From NCBI GenBank assembly GCA_964291285.2, contig OZ219785.1, forward strand, positions 832,001 through 896,000: a stretch of 64,000 nucleotides of DNA, given 5' to 3'. Of this stretch, positions 16,601 to 26,823 are shown in pieces (within the stretch, counting starts at the first letter, position 1; each line of letters starts with the position of its first letter). The position numbers were made by a program, and so were the translations under genes. A model generated the notes under the pieces. That model searched no databases and was not told where the DNA came from. It was given only the letters and a program-made list of their open reading frames with translations. The stretch comes from Alphaproteobacteria bacterium. GTDB lineage: Bacteria; Pseudomonadota; Alphaproteobacteria; Bin95.

Positions 16601-19600
16601 ACTTACCCGCGCCGCCGCCGTGGTGTCGCTCGTGATCCGCAGCGTCCCCGCATACGCCTTCGTCAGCGCCACCGTGTAGGTCGCCGTGGAACCGGGCGCC
16701 ACCGTCACCGGCGTCCCGGTCAGCGTGAGCGCCGCCGTGGTGTCGTCCTTGAAGGTCACCGTACGGATGTTCGACCAGGGACCCTGAAGGTTGCCCGTTC
16801 CCCCGGCGACACCCGCCATGCGATAGCCCGTTGCCCGAACCCGGACCTCGACCGATGCCCCGTCAGGATAGTTCAGCAGAAGCCGATTGCTGCGAGAGCC
16901 CGGGTTCTGTCTGGCACTGGCCTGGTTGAGACTGCGATCCGTCCAGGCGGTTTCGCCCTTCAGCCGGGTCTGCGCTCTCCACCAATGGAACTTGGCCGCG
17001 TCTTTCACATAGTCGTCCGCATCCGACAACTCGTTCGAGCCGCCGGCATGGGTCCAGGTCAGGTCGATCTGCCCGTTCGTCGTCGAGGTCGCCGCCGTCA
17101 GCACCGGGGCCGCCGGATCGGTCTTCGCCGTCACCTCGTCCGACCACACCGACTGCACCCCGGGACTGACCGCGGCAAACAGGCGGAACGTGTAGTCCGT
17201 CCCCTTCGTCAGCCCCGTCACCCGGACGCTCGTCCTGCTTCTGCCCGTGACCGTCGTGGTCGTGTTCCAGCCCCCCGTGCTCTTGTACTGGTAGCCCCAG
17301 CTCGTTATCGGAATGCCCGACAGGCCGCTCCAGCTCAGGGTGACCGAGGCATCGCCTCCTGCCGCCGTCAGGACCGGCTTGGGAACCTTGTTCGTCGGCG
17401 TCGCCTTCACCTGGTCCGACCACACCGACTGCACACCGGGACCGACCGCGGCGAACAGCCGGAACGTGTATTCCGTCCCGATCGTCAGACCCGTCACCGT
17501 GGCGCTCGTCGTGCTGCCGCCGGTGACCGTCCGGGTCCTGATCCAGCTGCCGCCCGCGGGCTTGTACTGATAACCCCAGCTCGCAACCGTCACACCCGAC
17601 AAGGCGCTCCAGCTCAGGGTGACCCTGGCGTAACCCGGTTCGGCGCTCAGCACCGGCTTGGGAACCGCCGCCGACGCCGACGGCGTCGCCTCCACCACCG
17701 CCGACGCGGCGCCGTTGCCGCCGCTGTTCCGCGCCCGGATGCGGAAGCGGTACTCGCTGTCGTTGTCCAGACCCGTCACCGTGTGGGTCGTGGTGTCCGC
17801 GTCCGAACCGGAAATCGCGGTCCAGCTGCCCCAGGCGGCGCTGCCCTTCCTCTGCTGCACCCGATACCTCGTGATCGAATCGTCGTCCGGATCGGTCCAC
17901 GTCAGCTTCACCTGACGGTTGCCCGCCTCCGCCGACAACCCCGTCGGCGCCGCGGGGACGGCGACGGTGGGGGCCGCCGTGGGTGTGGCGGTGACTTCGT
18001 TGGAGTCAGGATCTGCTGTTGACTGGATCATCGCAGGTGGAGGACTCGTAACTCCGCGTGAGACCTTGAAAGTGTATGCGGCGCCGTTTTCCAGACCTGT
18101 CACGGTGTGCGTTCGGACGGTCTTGCCGCCGGGAATCTCCACGCCAAAGCTGTAGCTTCCGCTGCCTTTCTTCTGCGCGTACCGCCAGTGATCAAACGCC
18201 TCCCCATCGTCGTTGGTATAGGTCCAGGACAACGTCACCTGCCCGTCCCCCGTCGCGGCGGTGAGGGTGATGGTCGGCATCGCGGCCGCGAGGGTCGTGC
18301 CGGTGGCTTTTGCGCGGGAGCCTGGAGGGCATGACGCAGTAGGATCGGGATTGACAGGATGCGTCGCTTGAAGAGCGATCTCGTATTCGGTGCCGGCGTC
18401 CAGGCCGGTCAGCGTGTGGCTGGTCGCGGCGGCATCCGAGATGGTGACAGAGCTCGAACTTCCCCCGGTCTTCTTGTAAGACAATTCCCAGCCGTTGCGT
18501 AAGATATCGGTCGGTGCATTCCAGGTGACGGCAAACCCGTCCGAACGCGGCGCAAGGCTCAGGTTCGTCGGTGCTCCCACGCCAGGGCAGCTGTCCGCAG
18601 GCGTCGCCGTCACCCAGCCCGTGGCGGCGCCGTCGCCGGAGGCGTTCACCGCACGGATCATGAAACTGTATTCGGCGGCGTTGTCCAGACCCGTCACCAT
18701 GTGCCTCACGGTGTTCGCGCCCGAACCCGTCATGGTACCCCACGTGGCGCTGGCCTTTGACGGCGTCTTGGCGTAGCGCAGCTTGTAGCCGGTGATCGTG
18801 CCGGCCGGCTTGGTCCACGTCAGCAACACCTGCGCGGGGCCGCCGGGCGTCGCCGTCAGACCCGTCGGCGCGGCGGGCGTCGTGGTCGTGGCCGCCGTTG
18901 GCGTCGCCGTGGCCGCGTTCGAGTACCCTCCCCCACTAGCGAAGACGGAAAAGTTAAGACCGGCACCTTCCGCCCTTGCCACCTGGAAGGTATAGGAGGT
19001 GCCGGCGTTCAACCCTGTGACCGTGTGGGCTCTGATGGTGGCGCCGCCCGGTATATCGATCCAGTCGCCGTAACCTCCTCCGGTGACCCCCTGTCGGTAA
19101 ACCCAATATCCAAATCCAGTGTTGCCGGTACGAGTCCAGGTGAGTGTGACACTGCCGACACCCGCGGTTGCCGTAAGCGCCGGCTTCGCCTGTGCGGGCG
19201 CGGGGTCGGTGATGGTGACGGTGGTGGAGGTCGTGCCCGCCGTGGCGGTGCCGTCCTGGCCCCTCCAGCTCCAGGTGACGGTATGTGTGCCCTTGCCCAG
19301 ATTGACGCAGGGACTGAGGTTGACGCCGCGCCCCTTCGTGATGCCGGCGGGAGCCTGCGTGATCTCGACGCCGAGGCTCGCGTCGGAGAGCACCGAATGC
19401 GCGGTCACGGCCGTCTTGCCCTGACGCGCCTCCAGGTACGTGGTCGCACCCTGCGAGACCGAAAGCAGGTTGTAGCACACCTGCGTCGTCGTCTCGGCGG
19501 TCCTGATGGTGCTGTCCGGTCCGGAGACCAGCGTCGGGGCCGGCACCTGCGGTGTGGCGCTCACCTGGTTGCTTTGACGGAAAGCTGTATTGGCATCAGT

Positions 19601-19924
19601 CTGCGCGTAGACAATGAACTGATAAGCGGTTCCGTTCGTCAGGCCCGTTACCGTGTGGCTTCTGGTGCCGGAGTTGGAAGCTGGAATAACGATGGGTGTC
19701 CCAGCCCAAGTATATGTACCGCCATTGATCTTGTACCCCCAACCGGTTAGCCCGCTGCCGGTATACGTCCAGTTCAGCGTCACCTGCCCGTCCCCCGCTG
19801 TTGCGGTAAGAACGGGGGTCTGCGCCTGCGCAGCCTGCGGCGCAAAGACGGTGGTCAGTGTGATGAGGAAGAGGGCAGCGAGTCCCGCGCTCAGGCGGCG
19901 GGCGGTTCTCCCGGGGGCGCCCAC
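13685..19924 (-). CDS. Large autotransporter adhesin: about 10 fibronectin type III modules, Calx-beta/Ig-like repeats, C-terminal beta-barrel
   Basis: Signal peptide ending AQA-QTP; repeated HTVTGLxNGxxYxFxVRA; barrel ending in W; true start probably 20055 via the poly-C tract. Confidence 0.9.
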   Translation of the reverse strand: MGAPGRTARRLSAGLAALFLITLTTVFAPQAAQAQTPVLTATAGDGQVTLNWTYTGSGLTGWGYKINGGTYTWAGTPIVIPASNSGTRSHTVTGLTNGTAYQFIVYAQTDANTAFRQSNQVSATPQVPAPTLVSGPDSTIRTAETTTQVCYNLLSVSQGATTYLEARQGKTAVTAHSVLSDASLGVEITQAPAGITKGRGVNLSPCVNLGKGTHTVTWSWRGQDGTATAGTTSTTVTITDPAPAQAKPALTATAGVGSVTLTWTRTGNTGFGYWVYRQGVTGGGYGDWIDIPGGATIRAHTVTGLNAGTSYTFQVARAEGAGLNFSVFASGGGYSNAATATPTAATTTTPAAPTGLTATPGGPAQVLLTWTKPAGTITGYKLRYAKTPSKASATWGTMTGSGANTVRHMVTGLDNAAEYSFMIRAVNASGDGAATGWVTATPADSCPGVGAPTNLSLAPRSDGFAVTWNAPTDILRNGWELSYKKTGGSSSSVTISDAAATSHTLTGLDAGTEYEIALQATHPVNPDPTASCPPGSRAKATGTTLAAAMPTITLTAATGDGQVTLSWTYTNDDGEAFDHWRYAQKKGSGSYSFGVEIPGGKTVRTHTVTGLENGAAYTFKVSRGVTSPPPAMIQSTADPDSNEVTATPTAAPTVAVPAAPTGLSAEAGNRQVKLTWTDPDDDSITRYRVQQRKGSAAWGSWTAISGSDADTTTHTVTGLDNDSEYRFRIRARNSGGNGAASAVVEATPSASAAVPKPVLSAEPGYARVTLSWSALSGVTVASWGYQYKPAGGSWIRTRTVTGGSTTSATVTGLTIGTEYTFRLFAAVGPGVQSVWSDQVKATPTNKVPKPVLTAAGGDASVTLSWSGLSGIPITSWGYQYKSTGGWNTTTTVTGRSRTSVRVTGLTKGTDYTFRLFAAVSPGVQSVWSDEVTAKTDPAAPVLTAATSTTNGQIDLTWTHAGGSNELSDADDYVKDAAKFHWWRAQTRLKGETAWTDRSLNQASARQNPGSRSNRLLLNYPDGASVEVRVRATGYRMAGVAGGTGNLQGPWSNIRTVTFKDDTTAALTLTGTPVTVAPGSTATYTVALTKAYAGTLRITSDTTAAARVSPASLTFTTANYNTARTVTVTGVANGTAVINHAFRLTGASADAIPDAGTVDVTVADTPGVTVSTAALTVAEGGSRTYTMRLNTPPTSDVTITVGGASGDVTVTGSPLTFTRTDWNQPQTVTVNAGTDTDTVTDADVTLTHSASGGGYASVSIADVVVRVAEKDAAPLKPAGLAAAAGNASATLTWTDPDNPTITKWQVRRKAGSGEWGEWEDILGSGAGTTSHEVSGLTNGTAYQFEVRAVNGAGNGAGPDAPVTATPVAPVAPPSGGGGGTTPAADGSVTVTPTALRVSEGSSAAYTVVLDTEPSGDVTVTVGGASGDVTVEPASLTFTTTNWDTAQTVTVRAARDEDTVDDTATLTHGASGGGYGSVTIDPVAVTVTDTTLLPVLTLAQDPAAVTEGDDIRLTVTADRALTGSLTVSLTLSARNASGFDAGDVPGGPGPRSFDAVFGAAGRTTGVVTIPTAADADTEGAEAYRITLNDGADYAVGSDATAAGVLRDRAPGSVARSNRVNAAVLPHVAAAAMSRTLGAVTGRIEAAASGRPGSSLRFGALPSSPVGYARAARSAPPRPEEPGPTLSEILDGASFTLAAGADGEASPPPLAVWGRGEWLSLSGSEKDVAWDGGLWSAQLGADLRVRPDLLAGAALSHARGELDTRTTGAAGGRVKGVHETTITSVHPYAAWLLPDGSTLWASLGYGTGEVRVAEEGAPSRSADLTQWSASAGGRSVLVEDAELMAGGMTRLAVKGEGSASRLRTGSDDGLAGLTARTTRLRLLLEGSYEHALAGGATLTPALEAGVRHDGGDVAEGAGLEAGAGVTWHDPAAGLTAELRARLLAAHEADRDEWGVSALVRLDPGADGRGTFLAFGPAHGRTESGLDRLFDHGLPAAADSTAPEGAESRLEAEVGHGFGLAGPGPLAVLTPWAGLSLAETGGRTLRLGARYRMGAGLSLGLEGAHRPGPAPEDSLMLRGALRW

Positions 19925-19952
19925 CGGTTCAGCCCCGCGCCCTGACTCTTGA

Positions 19953-19965
19953 GGGGGGGGGGGGG
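19953..19965 (-). repeat. Homopolymer C13 (coding strand), candidate phase-variation tract
   Basis: 13 consecutive G on + strand between an RBS-preceded ATG (20055) and the autotransporter frame. Confidence 0.75.
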
Positions 19966-20132
19966 TACAACGAGTTCGGGTTCGCGCGCGCGTGAGGCGC
20001 TCCGCCCGAAGAGCCGCAGGTCATGCATCCCGACATCGCCCGGCATCCGCGTCATGGCCCCATCCTCCCGTCCCGAATTCCAAGCCGCCGCGCCTGCACG
20101 GCCGCAGCGAACCCGCCGGTGCAACCCATAAC

Positions 20133-21828
20133 CCTAAATCCGGCAGTTGACGAGCTTGATCGCTGTCTCGGGGTAGTGTGAACGGTCGGATTTGGGCGTG
20201 GATTTCAGCACGTGGTCGCGGCCCTGGGTGGCGGCAGCCAGGGTTGACGCCCCGGTTCGCGGCCATGGAGGTATTTCCTGAGCGCCTCGGCGAGGATGCG
20301 GCGCCAGCGATCCCCGGCGCTCAACTGCTCCGCAGTTTGCGTCAGCGACCGGAAGAAGCCGGCGATCCGGCGCAGCGCCGCCATCACCGTCTTGCGACGC
20401 CCGTGATGGGAGGTCACCGTCAGCCGGGTCTGGCCGGCGTGGTGGGTCTGGCGGGCAACCCCGTGCAGGAGCAGCGGCCGGCTGGTGATCGCCTCGCGGT
20501 GATGGTCGGGGTCGGCGAGGCGCACGAACAGGCTCCACCAGTTGTAGATGAGCGCGACCAGCCGGGCCATGTGCCGGCAGCGCGTCAGGTCGCGCGTGGT
20601 GAAGCCGCCCCAACCCCACTGGTTCTTCAACTCGTCGAAGCCGTTCTCCGCGTCCGCCCGGTCGCGGTAGAGCTGGGCCAGCGAGCGTATCTCCAGGTCC
20701 AGCGAGGTCGCCAGCACCGCGAACTCCCATACCCCGGTGCCGGGCTGCGCCTCGGTCCAGAACAGCTCGCCCTGGGCCTTGTCGCCACGCGTCAGCGCCA
20801 GCGTCGCAGGAAGCCGCCGACGCAGCACCACAACCCGGCGCGTCCGGCTCCAGCCCTGCAGACGCAGATCGGCCCCGATCCCCGACCAGCCCTGGCCCGC
20901 ATCCTCCCAGCCGTCCCGCGCCATCAGCCGCTCGGCAAGCCGGCGCGCCCCCTTCGTCAGGCGCAGCTTGAACAGATAGTCCGGACCCGCAGCCTCGCAC
21001 GACGCCATGTTGGCCTCGCTGCCCCAGTCCTTGTCGCCCCGCACCAGACGCGGCCAGCGATCCCGCCCAAGACGGTCGAGCAACGCCCACAAGGACGGCG
21101 CCGCGCGCCTCGAATGGTGATGGTTGCCCGGCGCCACCTCGACATCCAGAACAAGCCGCGTGCCCGCCATCAGGAACGCATGGCAGGCATGCGAGGGGCG
21201 GCCCGGCTTCTTCGGGTTGTAGCTCACAACCGCTCCCTCCTGACGACCGTAAAGCGCCTTGATCGTCGTGTCGCAGTCCAGAACCCACGGCTCCCTCAGC
21301 AGCGGACGGACCACCTCGTCCAGATGGCCCTGAAGCCACGATGTGCCGACATCCGCACCGATCCGCTCCAGACCGCGCCGCACCGAATCCTCGCTCGCAA
21401 CCTTGTCCATACCCAGCAGCGCAGGGTTCACCCCGTCGCCGCGCAGCGACGTGATGTGCGCATAGCGAGACTGCCCCGCCAGAACCGACAGAAGAACCGT
21501 CCCCAGGACATCCCGCTTCGACGGCGCGTTCGGGCTCGTGTACCGCAGCGGGCAGTCCGCAACCAAAGCGTCAAAGCGACCGCTCACCTTCAGCTATTCC
21601 GCGAAAAACGCCAGATGGCCCAGCGGCGTCACCGCCGCATCAGGGTCCCATTCCACATGAACCGCGCCGCCGAAGGTGTCAACCTTCACGAACGCTCGGG
21701 CGACATCCCGCACAGCGCCAGGATAATCACCCACAGGGTGAGCCTCTTCGGCCCCTGAAAAGCCGCTCATACCCGAAGACTACAAGGGATTCGGCAAGGC
21801 CACGCCATACTCAACTGCCGGATTTAGG
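20133..21828 (-). mobile_element. IS1380-family element, copy 2 (1696 bp, inverted)
   Basis: Same 18-bp inverted repeats; near-identical to copy 1; flanks ATAAC / ATGAC. Confidence 0.9.
20205..21770 (-). pseudogene. IS1380 transposase with premature stop
   Basis: TAC in copy 1 is TAG at 21594-21596. Confidence 0.8.
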
Positions 21829-21854
21829 ATGACACAACATGACATCCCATGACA
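21829..21854. repeat. ATGACA x3, 10-bp period
   Basis: Starts at 21829, 21839, 21849. Confidence 0.8.
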
Positions 21855-21991
21855 TATCCGCATCCTCTCCCGCGCCCCGCTCCCTCGCCGGAGGCGCGCA
21901 TCTGTCCGCAGCGGCTTCGCATTGCGCAGCGCGGCCCGCTTCTCCCGGCCGCATCGGGGCGCAGCAACGGCGCCGCCGTCCCCGCTCCCGC

Positions 21992-24706
21992 TTACGACCC
22001 GCCTTCCCCCACAAAGCCGCTGACGATCCCGCAAGCCTCCGCCAGCCCGACGCGCTCCAGCGCCACGCCTTCGGGGAAGGCGGCGGCGAGGCGGGACGGC
22101 ATCCTCGGGTCTAGGAGCACGAAGACGCCCCTGTCGTCGCGGCGGCGCACCAGGCGGCCGAAGGCCTGCCGGAGCCGGAGGCGGGTGAGCATGTCGTCGT
22201 AGCCGGCGCCGAAATGCGCGCGCCTTGCCTTGTGCAGGATGGTCGGCCTCGGCCAGGGTACGCGGTCGAACGCGATCAGGCGGAGCGCGCGGCCCGGCAC
22301 GTCCACGCCGTCGCGCACCGCGTCCGTGCCGAGCAGGCAGGAATCGGGCTCGGCGCGGAAGATGTCGATCAGCGTCGCGACGTCCATCCGGTCCACATGC
22401 TGGGCGATCAGCGGGATGCCGGCCGCGTCCAGCGGCGCCGCCAGCAGCCCGTGCACGGCGCGCAGCCTCGCCACCGCCGTGAACAGGCCGAGCGCGCCGC
22501 CGCCCGCCGCCAGGAACAGGCCGCGATAAGCCGCCGCCACCTGCGCGGCCGAGTCCCGGCGCACATCAGTCACGACCAGCGCGCGCGTCTGGGCCGGATA
22601 GTCGAAGGGCGAGGGCGCGGCGGCGCGCACGGCGGGGGCGGCAAGGTGCCCGGCCCCGGTGCGTATTTCCGCCGCCTGCCAGGCTTCCTCCGGCTCGCGC
22701 GCATTGTCCCGCAATGTCGCGGAGGTGACGAGCAGGCCGTGGGCGGGTTCCGCCACCTCGGCGGCGAAGGGCGCGGTCGGGTCGATCCAGCGGCGGTGCA
22801 TGCCGACATCGCGCTCGCGGCCCTGCGCGCGCTCCAGCCCGAACCAGTCCACGAACGCCTCCGGCGGCTCGGCGTCGAGCGCCTCCAGCATGGCCGACCA
22901 GGCCGCAAGCTGCATTTCGGCGCGGCGGTGGAGGCTGCGCGCCAGCGCCTCGATGCGGATGCGTTCGCGGCTCTCGAGGTCTTCGGCCTCGTCCGCCAGC
23001 CGGGCCAGCAGCGCGCGGCGCAGCACGGCGAGCGGTTTGCGCAGCGCTTCCAGCGCGCCGCCGAGGGCGCGGGCGGCCTCGACCAGCCCCTCGACCGGCG
23101 GGCGGCACTCGCATTCGATGCCGTAAGCGCCGTTTGCGCGCCCGGCCGCCCGGGCCAGCACTTGCTGGCGGACGATGGCGAGAAAGCGTTCCACCGCCCC
23201 CTGCGGCGCGCCCGCGGCGAGGCGGCCGAGCCAGCCCTCGGCCGGAAGCGCGGTCGCCGCCCGGCCGGCTTCAGCCAGTGCTTGCGCCGCCTCGCCCCCG
23301 TCCGGCACCAGGTCCTCCGCCCGGCGTTTGAGCCCCCTTGCGCGCGAGCCGCCGCCTTCCGCCCCCAGCAGCCAGCGGCGCAGTTCCGCCGTCTCCAGCC
23401 CGGAGAGCTCGGCCGAGAAGGCGCTGTCGGCCGCGTCGAAGAGGTGGTGGCCCTCGTCGAAGACATAGCGGGTCGGCAGCCAGGCATCGTCGAGCCCGCC
23501 CAGCGCCGCCTGCACCATGACGAGCGCATGGTTGGCGATGACGAGGTCCGCGCGCCGCGCCCGCCTGATGCCGCGCTCGATGAAGCAGCGCTGGTAGTGG
23601 CCGCAGGCGGAATAGAGGCATTCGCCCCGCCGGTCGCCGAGCCCGCGTATGCGCGCCGCCCCCTCCAGGTCCGGAAGCCAGGAGGGGAAGTCGCCGCCGG
23701 TCATGTCGCCGTCGCGGGTCGCGTCCGCCCAGCGCGCGGCGAGCGCGAGCGGCACGGTCTCGTTCGGCGTCAGCCGGGCCGTCCGCACGGCTTCCTCGAG
23801 GTTGAGCAGGCAGAGATAGTTCTCGCGGCCCTTGCGCAGCACGACGCGGCGGCGCTTGGCGGCCGGGTCGGGGATCAGCCGGTCGAGCTCGCCGTCGATC
23901 TGGTGCTGGAGGTTGCGGGTGTAGGTCGAGACCCAGACGGGCGCCTCGTTCGCTTCCGCCCAGAGGCTCGCCGGCGCAAGGTAGCCGAGCGTCTTGCCGA
24001 CCCCGGTGCCGGCCTCGGCCACCACCATATGCGGCTCGCCGGCCCGCTCGCGCGGCTGGAAGGCGCCCGTGGCGGCCGAGGCGTAATCCGCCTGGCCGGG
24101 CCGGTCCTCGGCACCGGGCCCCAGCATGTCCGCGAGCCGGCGGCGGGCCTCCTCCGGCTCGACCGGGTGGTTGGAGGGCTGCGGCTCCGGCGCGAATTCG
24201 GCCCAGAGCGGCAGCCGGTCCCAGACGGCGAAACCGGCCCCGCCGGCCGGCCGGCGCTCCGATACGCCCAGCGCCGCCAGCACGAACGGCCCCCAGAGCC
24301 AGCCGGCCTCCGCCGCATCGCTCGCAAGGTCGGCCGCCGCGCCGCCCGGGTCCTCCATGCGGGCGAGCTCGGCGAGCAGCGCCCGCGCCGCGCCGAACAG
24401 CGTCTCCGCGGCGCGCTCCAGGGTCGCGGGGCGGGGCAGGCCGGCAGCGTCGGCGAGGCCGTTCGGCGTCGGCAGGCAGAATTGCGCCGGGCGCACGAAG
24501 GCGAACAGCTCCAGCAGGTCGTAGGTGCGGAAGGGCCGCGCGTCGGCGTCCAGCCGCCGGGAGGTCGCCGGCCCGTGCACCGCCAGCGGCGGCCGGCCGC
24601 GGGCGCGCACCGCCGCCGCCGTGGGCGCAAGCGTCTCGACCGCGCCGTCCGGCTCCAGCCAGACGGCCCGCGCCGGGCTCGCGACCAGGACGGGCGCGCG
24701 CGGCAT
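21992..24706 (-). CDS. dinG: ATP-dependent DNA helicase, DinG/YoaA family
   Basis: AEAGTGVGKT, KGRENYLC, DEGHH, GVDVPG, QAFGRLVR; start 24706 or 24730. Confidence 0.9.
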   Translation of the reverse strand: MPRAPVLVASPARAVWLEPDGAVETLAPTAAAVRARGRPPLAVHGPATSRRLDADARPFRTYDLLELFAFVRPAQFCLPTPNGLADAAGLPRPATLERAAETLFGAARALLAELARMEDPGGAAADLASDAAEAGWLWGPFVLAALGVSERRPAGGAGFAVWDRLPLWAEFAPEPQPSNHPVEPEEARRRLADMLGPGAEDRPGQADYASAATGAFQPRERAGEPHMVVAEAGTGVGKTLGYLAPASLWAEANEAPVWVSTYTRNLQHQIDGELDRLIPDPAAKRRRVVLRKGRENYLCLLNLEEAVRTARLTPNETVPLALAARWADATRDGDMTGGDFPSWLPDLEGAARIRGLGDRRGECLYSACGHYQRCFIERGIRRARRADLVIANHALVMVQAALGGLDDAWLPTRYVFDEGHHLFDAADSAFSAELSGLETAELRRWLLGAEGGGSRARGLKRRAEDLVPDGGEAAQALAEAGRAATALPAEGWLGRLAAGAPQGAVERFLAIVRQQVLARAAGRANGAYGIECECRPPVEGLVEAARALGGALEALRKPLAVLRRALLARLADEAEDLESRERIRIEALARSLHRRAEMQLAAWSAMLEALDAEPPEAFVDWFGLERAQGRERDVGMHRRWIDPTAPFAAEVAEPAHGLLVTSATLRDNAREPEEAWQAAEIRTGAGHLAAPAVRAAAPSPFDYPAQTRALVVTDVRRDSAAQVAAAYRGLFLAAGGGALGLFTAVARLRAVHGLLAAPLDAAGIPLIAQHVDRMDVATLIDIFRAEPDSCLLGTDAVRDGVDVPGRALRLIAFDRVPWPRPTILHKARRAHFGAGYDDMLTRLRLRQAFGRLVRRRDDRGVFVLLDPRMPSRLAAAFPEGVALERVGLAEACGIVSGFVGEGGS

Positions 24707-24859
24707 GACGATGCTTCTCTCCGACGCCATGCCGGGTTTGTAGAGCGGTTCCGCGAAAGAGCGAAACGGGGCCGGCGGCGCAATTCCCTTGCATGCCGGC
24801 CGCCGACGGCGCATCTTCCTCCCCGACAACGGCACTGCGCCAGCGGGGAGAGCCGGCTC

Positions 24860-25123
24860 TTGAGCCCCGAACTCATCGCCATACTGGGCGTCGGCATTGC
24901 GCTCGCCGGCCTGATTCTGCGGCTGAACGCGCGTATCGACCGCGTGGAGAGCAATCTGAACGCGCGCATCGACCGCGTGGAGAGCAGTCTGAACGCGCGC
25001 ATCGACGGCATCCAGGCGGAGTTGCGGGAGGTGCGGGACCGGCTTGCCCGGCTCGAAGGCAAAGTCGATATCCTGCGCGACTACATCATGCGCCGCAACG
25101 ACCCCGCCCCGGCCGCCGAATAA
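24860..25123 (+). CDS. Small membrane-anchored coiled-coil protein with 11-aa repeats
   Basis: TTG start after GGGGAG; hydrophobic N-terminus; [10 protein letters not shown](N/S) repeated from a 33-nt tandem repeat. Confidence 0.7.
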   Translation: MSPELIAILGVGIALAGLILRLNARIDRVESNLNARIDRVESSLNARIDGIQAELREVRDRLARLEGKVDILRDYIMRRNDPAPAAE

Positions 25124-25155
25124 CGGACACGCCCTTGTCCGGCACGCGCCCGCCG

Positions 25156-26727
25156 ATGCCCAATAGTGCTGCAAGCTCTGCCCGCGCCTGGCCGTTCGAG
25201 GAAGCGCGCAAGCTGCTGGCGCGGCTCGGCGGCGCCACGCCGGACAAGGGCTATGCGCTGTTCGAGACGGGTTACGGCCCCTCCGGCCTGCCGCATATCG
25301 GCACCTTCGGCGAGGTGGCGCGCACGGCCATGGTGCGCCGCGCCTTCGCCGAGCTCTCCGATCTGCCCACCCGGCTCTTCGCCTTCTCCGACGATATGGA
25401 CGGCCTGCGCCGGGTGCCCGACAATGTGCCGAACGGCGAAGCGCTCGAGGCCCATCTCGGCAAGCCGCTGACCTCGGTGCCCGACCCCTTCGGCACGCAT
25501 GAGAGCTTCGGTGCGCACAACAACGCCCGGCTCCGGGCCTTCCTCGACCGGTTCGGCTTCGACTACGAGTTCGTCAGCGCGACCGAGTGCTACCGTTCCG
25601 GCCGGTTCGACGAGGTGCTGCTCGGCGTGCTGCGGGCCTATGAGAAGGTGATGGAGATCGTGCTGCCGACGCTCGGGCCGGAGCGCCGGGAGACCTACAG
25701 CCCCTTCCTGCCGGTGTGCCCGAAGACGGGTGTCGTGCTGCAGGTGCCCATCCTGCACCGCGACCCGGACGCCGGCACCGTCGTCTATGAAGACGGGAGC
25801 GGCGCGCGGGTCGAACAGCCGGTCACCGGCGGCGGGTGCAAGCTGCAATGGAAGGCCGACTGGGCGATGCGCTGGCGGGCGCTCGACGTGGACTACGAGA
25901 TGGCCGGCAAGGACCTGATCGACTCCGTCCGCCTTTCGGGGCGCATCTGCCGGGCGCTCGGCGGCCGGCCGCCGGAGGGCTTCATCTACGAGCTCTTCCT
26001 CGACGAGCGCGGCGAGAAGATTTCCAAGTCCCGGGGCAACGGCCTCTCCATCGAGGAGTGGCTGACCTACGCGCCGGAGGAGAGCCTGGCGCTCTTCATG
26101 TTCCAGAAGCCGAAGGCGGCGAAGCGGCTCTATTTCGACGTGATCCCGCGCGCGGTGGACGACTACCGCGCCTTCCTCGCCCGCGCCGCGGGCGAGGAAG
26201 AGGAGAAGCGGCTGGAGAACCCCGCCTGGCACATCCATGACGGCGCGCCGCCGCCGCCGGAGGAGGGCATTTCCTTCTCGCTGCTGCTCAACCTGGCGGC
26301 GGCCAGCGACGCGCGGGACAAGGACACGCTCTGGGGCTTCATCTCGCGCTACGACCCGGAGGCCTCGCCCGAGACGCGGCCGCAACTGGACCGGCTGGCG
26401 GATTTCGCCGTCGCCTACTGCTGCGATTTCGTCGCCCCGCAGAAGGTCTGGCGCGACCCGGACGCAAAGGAGGCGGCAGCGCTGGCGGACCTCGCCGACC
26501 GGCTGGCGGCGCTGCCGCGCGATGCCGGCGGGGAGACCGTGCAGGCCGAAGTCTATGCGGTCGGCAAGGCGCACGGCTTCGAACCGCTGCGGACCTGGTT
26601 CGCCGCCCTCTACGAAGTCCTGCTGGGGCGCAAGCAGGGGCCGCGCTTCGGCTCCTTCGCCGTGCTCTACGGCCTGGCGGAGACCGAGGCGATGATCCGG
26701 AGCGCGCTCGCCCGGACCGCCGTGTGA
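25156..26727 (+). CDS. lysS: Lysine--tRNA ligase, class I
   Basis: [42 protein letters not shown]. Confidence 0.95.
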   Translation: MPNSAASSARAWPFEEARKLLARLGGATPDKGYALFETGYGPSGLPHIGTFGEVARTAMVRRAFAELSDLPTRLFAFSDDMDGLRRVPDNVPNGEALEAHLGKPLTSVPDPFGTHESFGAHNNARLRAFLDRFGFDYEFVSATECYRSGRFDEVLLGVLRAYEKVMEIVLPTLGPERRETYSPFLPVCPKTGVVLQVPILHRDPDAGTVVYEDGSGARVEQPVTGGGCKLQWKADWAMRWRALDVDYEMAGKDLIDSVRLSGRICRALGGRPPEGFIYELFLDERGEKISKSRGNGLSIEEWLTYAPEESLALFMFQKPKAAKRLYFDVIPRAVDDYRAFLARAAGEEEEKRLENPAWHIHDGAPPPPEEGISFSLLLNLAAASDARDKDTLWGFISRYDPEASPETRPQLDRLADFAVAYCCDFVAPQKVWRDPDAKEAAALADLADRLAALPRDAGGETVQAEVYAVGKAHGFEPLRTWFAALYEVLLGRKQGPRFGSFAVLYGLAETEAMIRSALARTAV

Positions 26728-26823
26728 GGCCCGTGCCTGCCGGTTGGTGTCGTCGCCGCAGCCCCTGCTGCCGGCATTCCATGAAAAATCTCCGGTGTTT
26801 TCTCTTTTTGTTTCCAAAAGAGC

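Noticed and set aside
13742-18022. 1426-aa ORF on the + strand
   Set aside because: Antisense shadow of the autotransporter; Arg/His-rich with no motifs, typical of high-GC DNA
22214-24859. Long + strand ORFs (969 aa and the lysS 5' extension)
   Set aside because: Shadows of dinG; only 24860..25123 and 25156..26727 look real
24923-25009. 33-nt repeats as a possible CRISPR array
   Set aside because: Head-to-tail with no unique spacers, and in-frame coding
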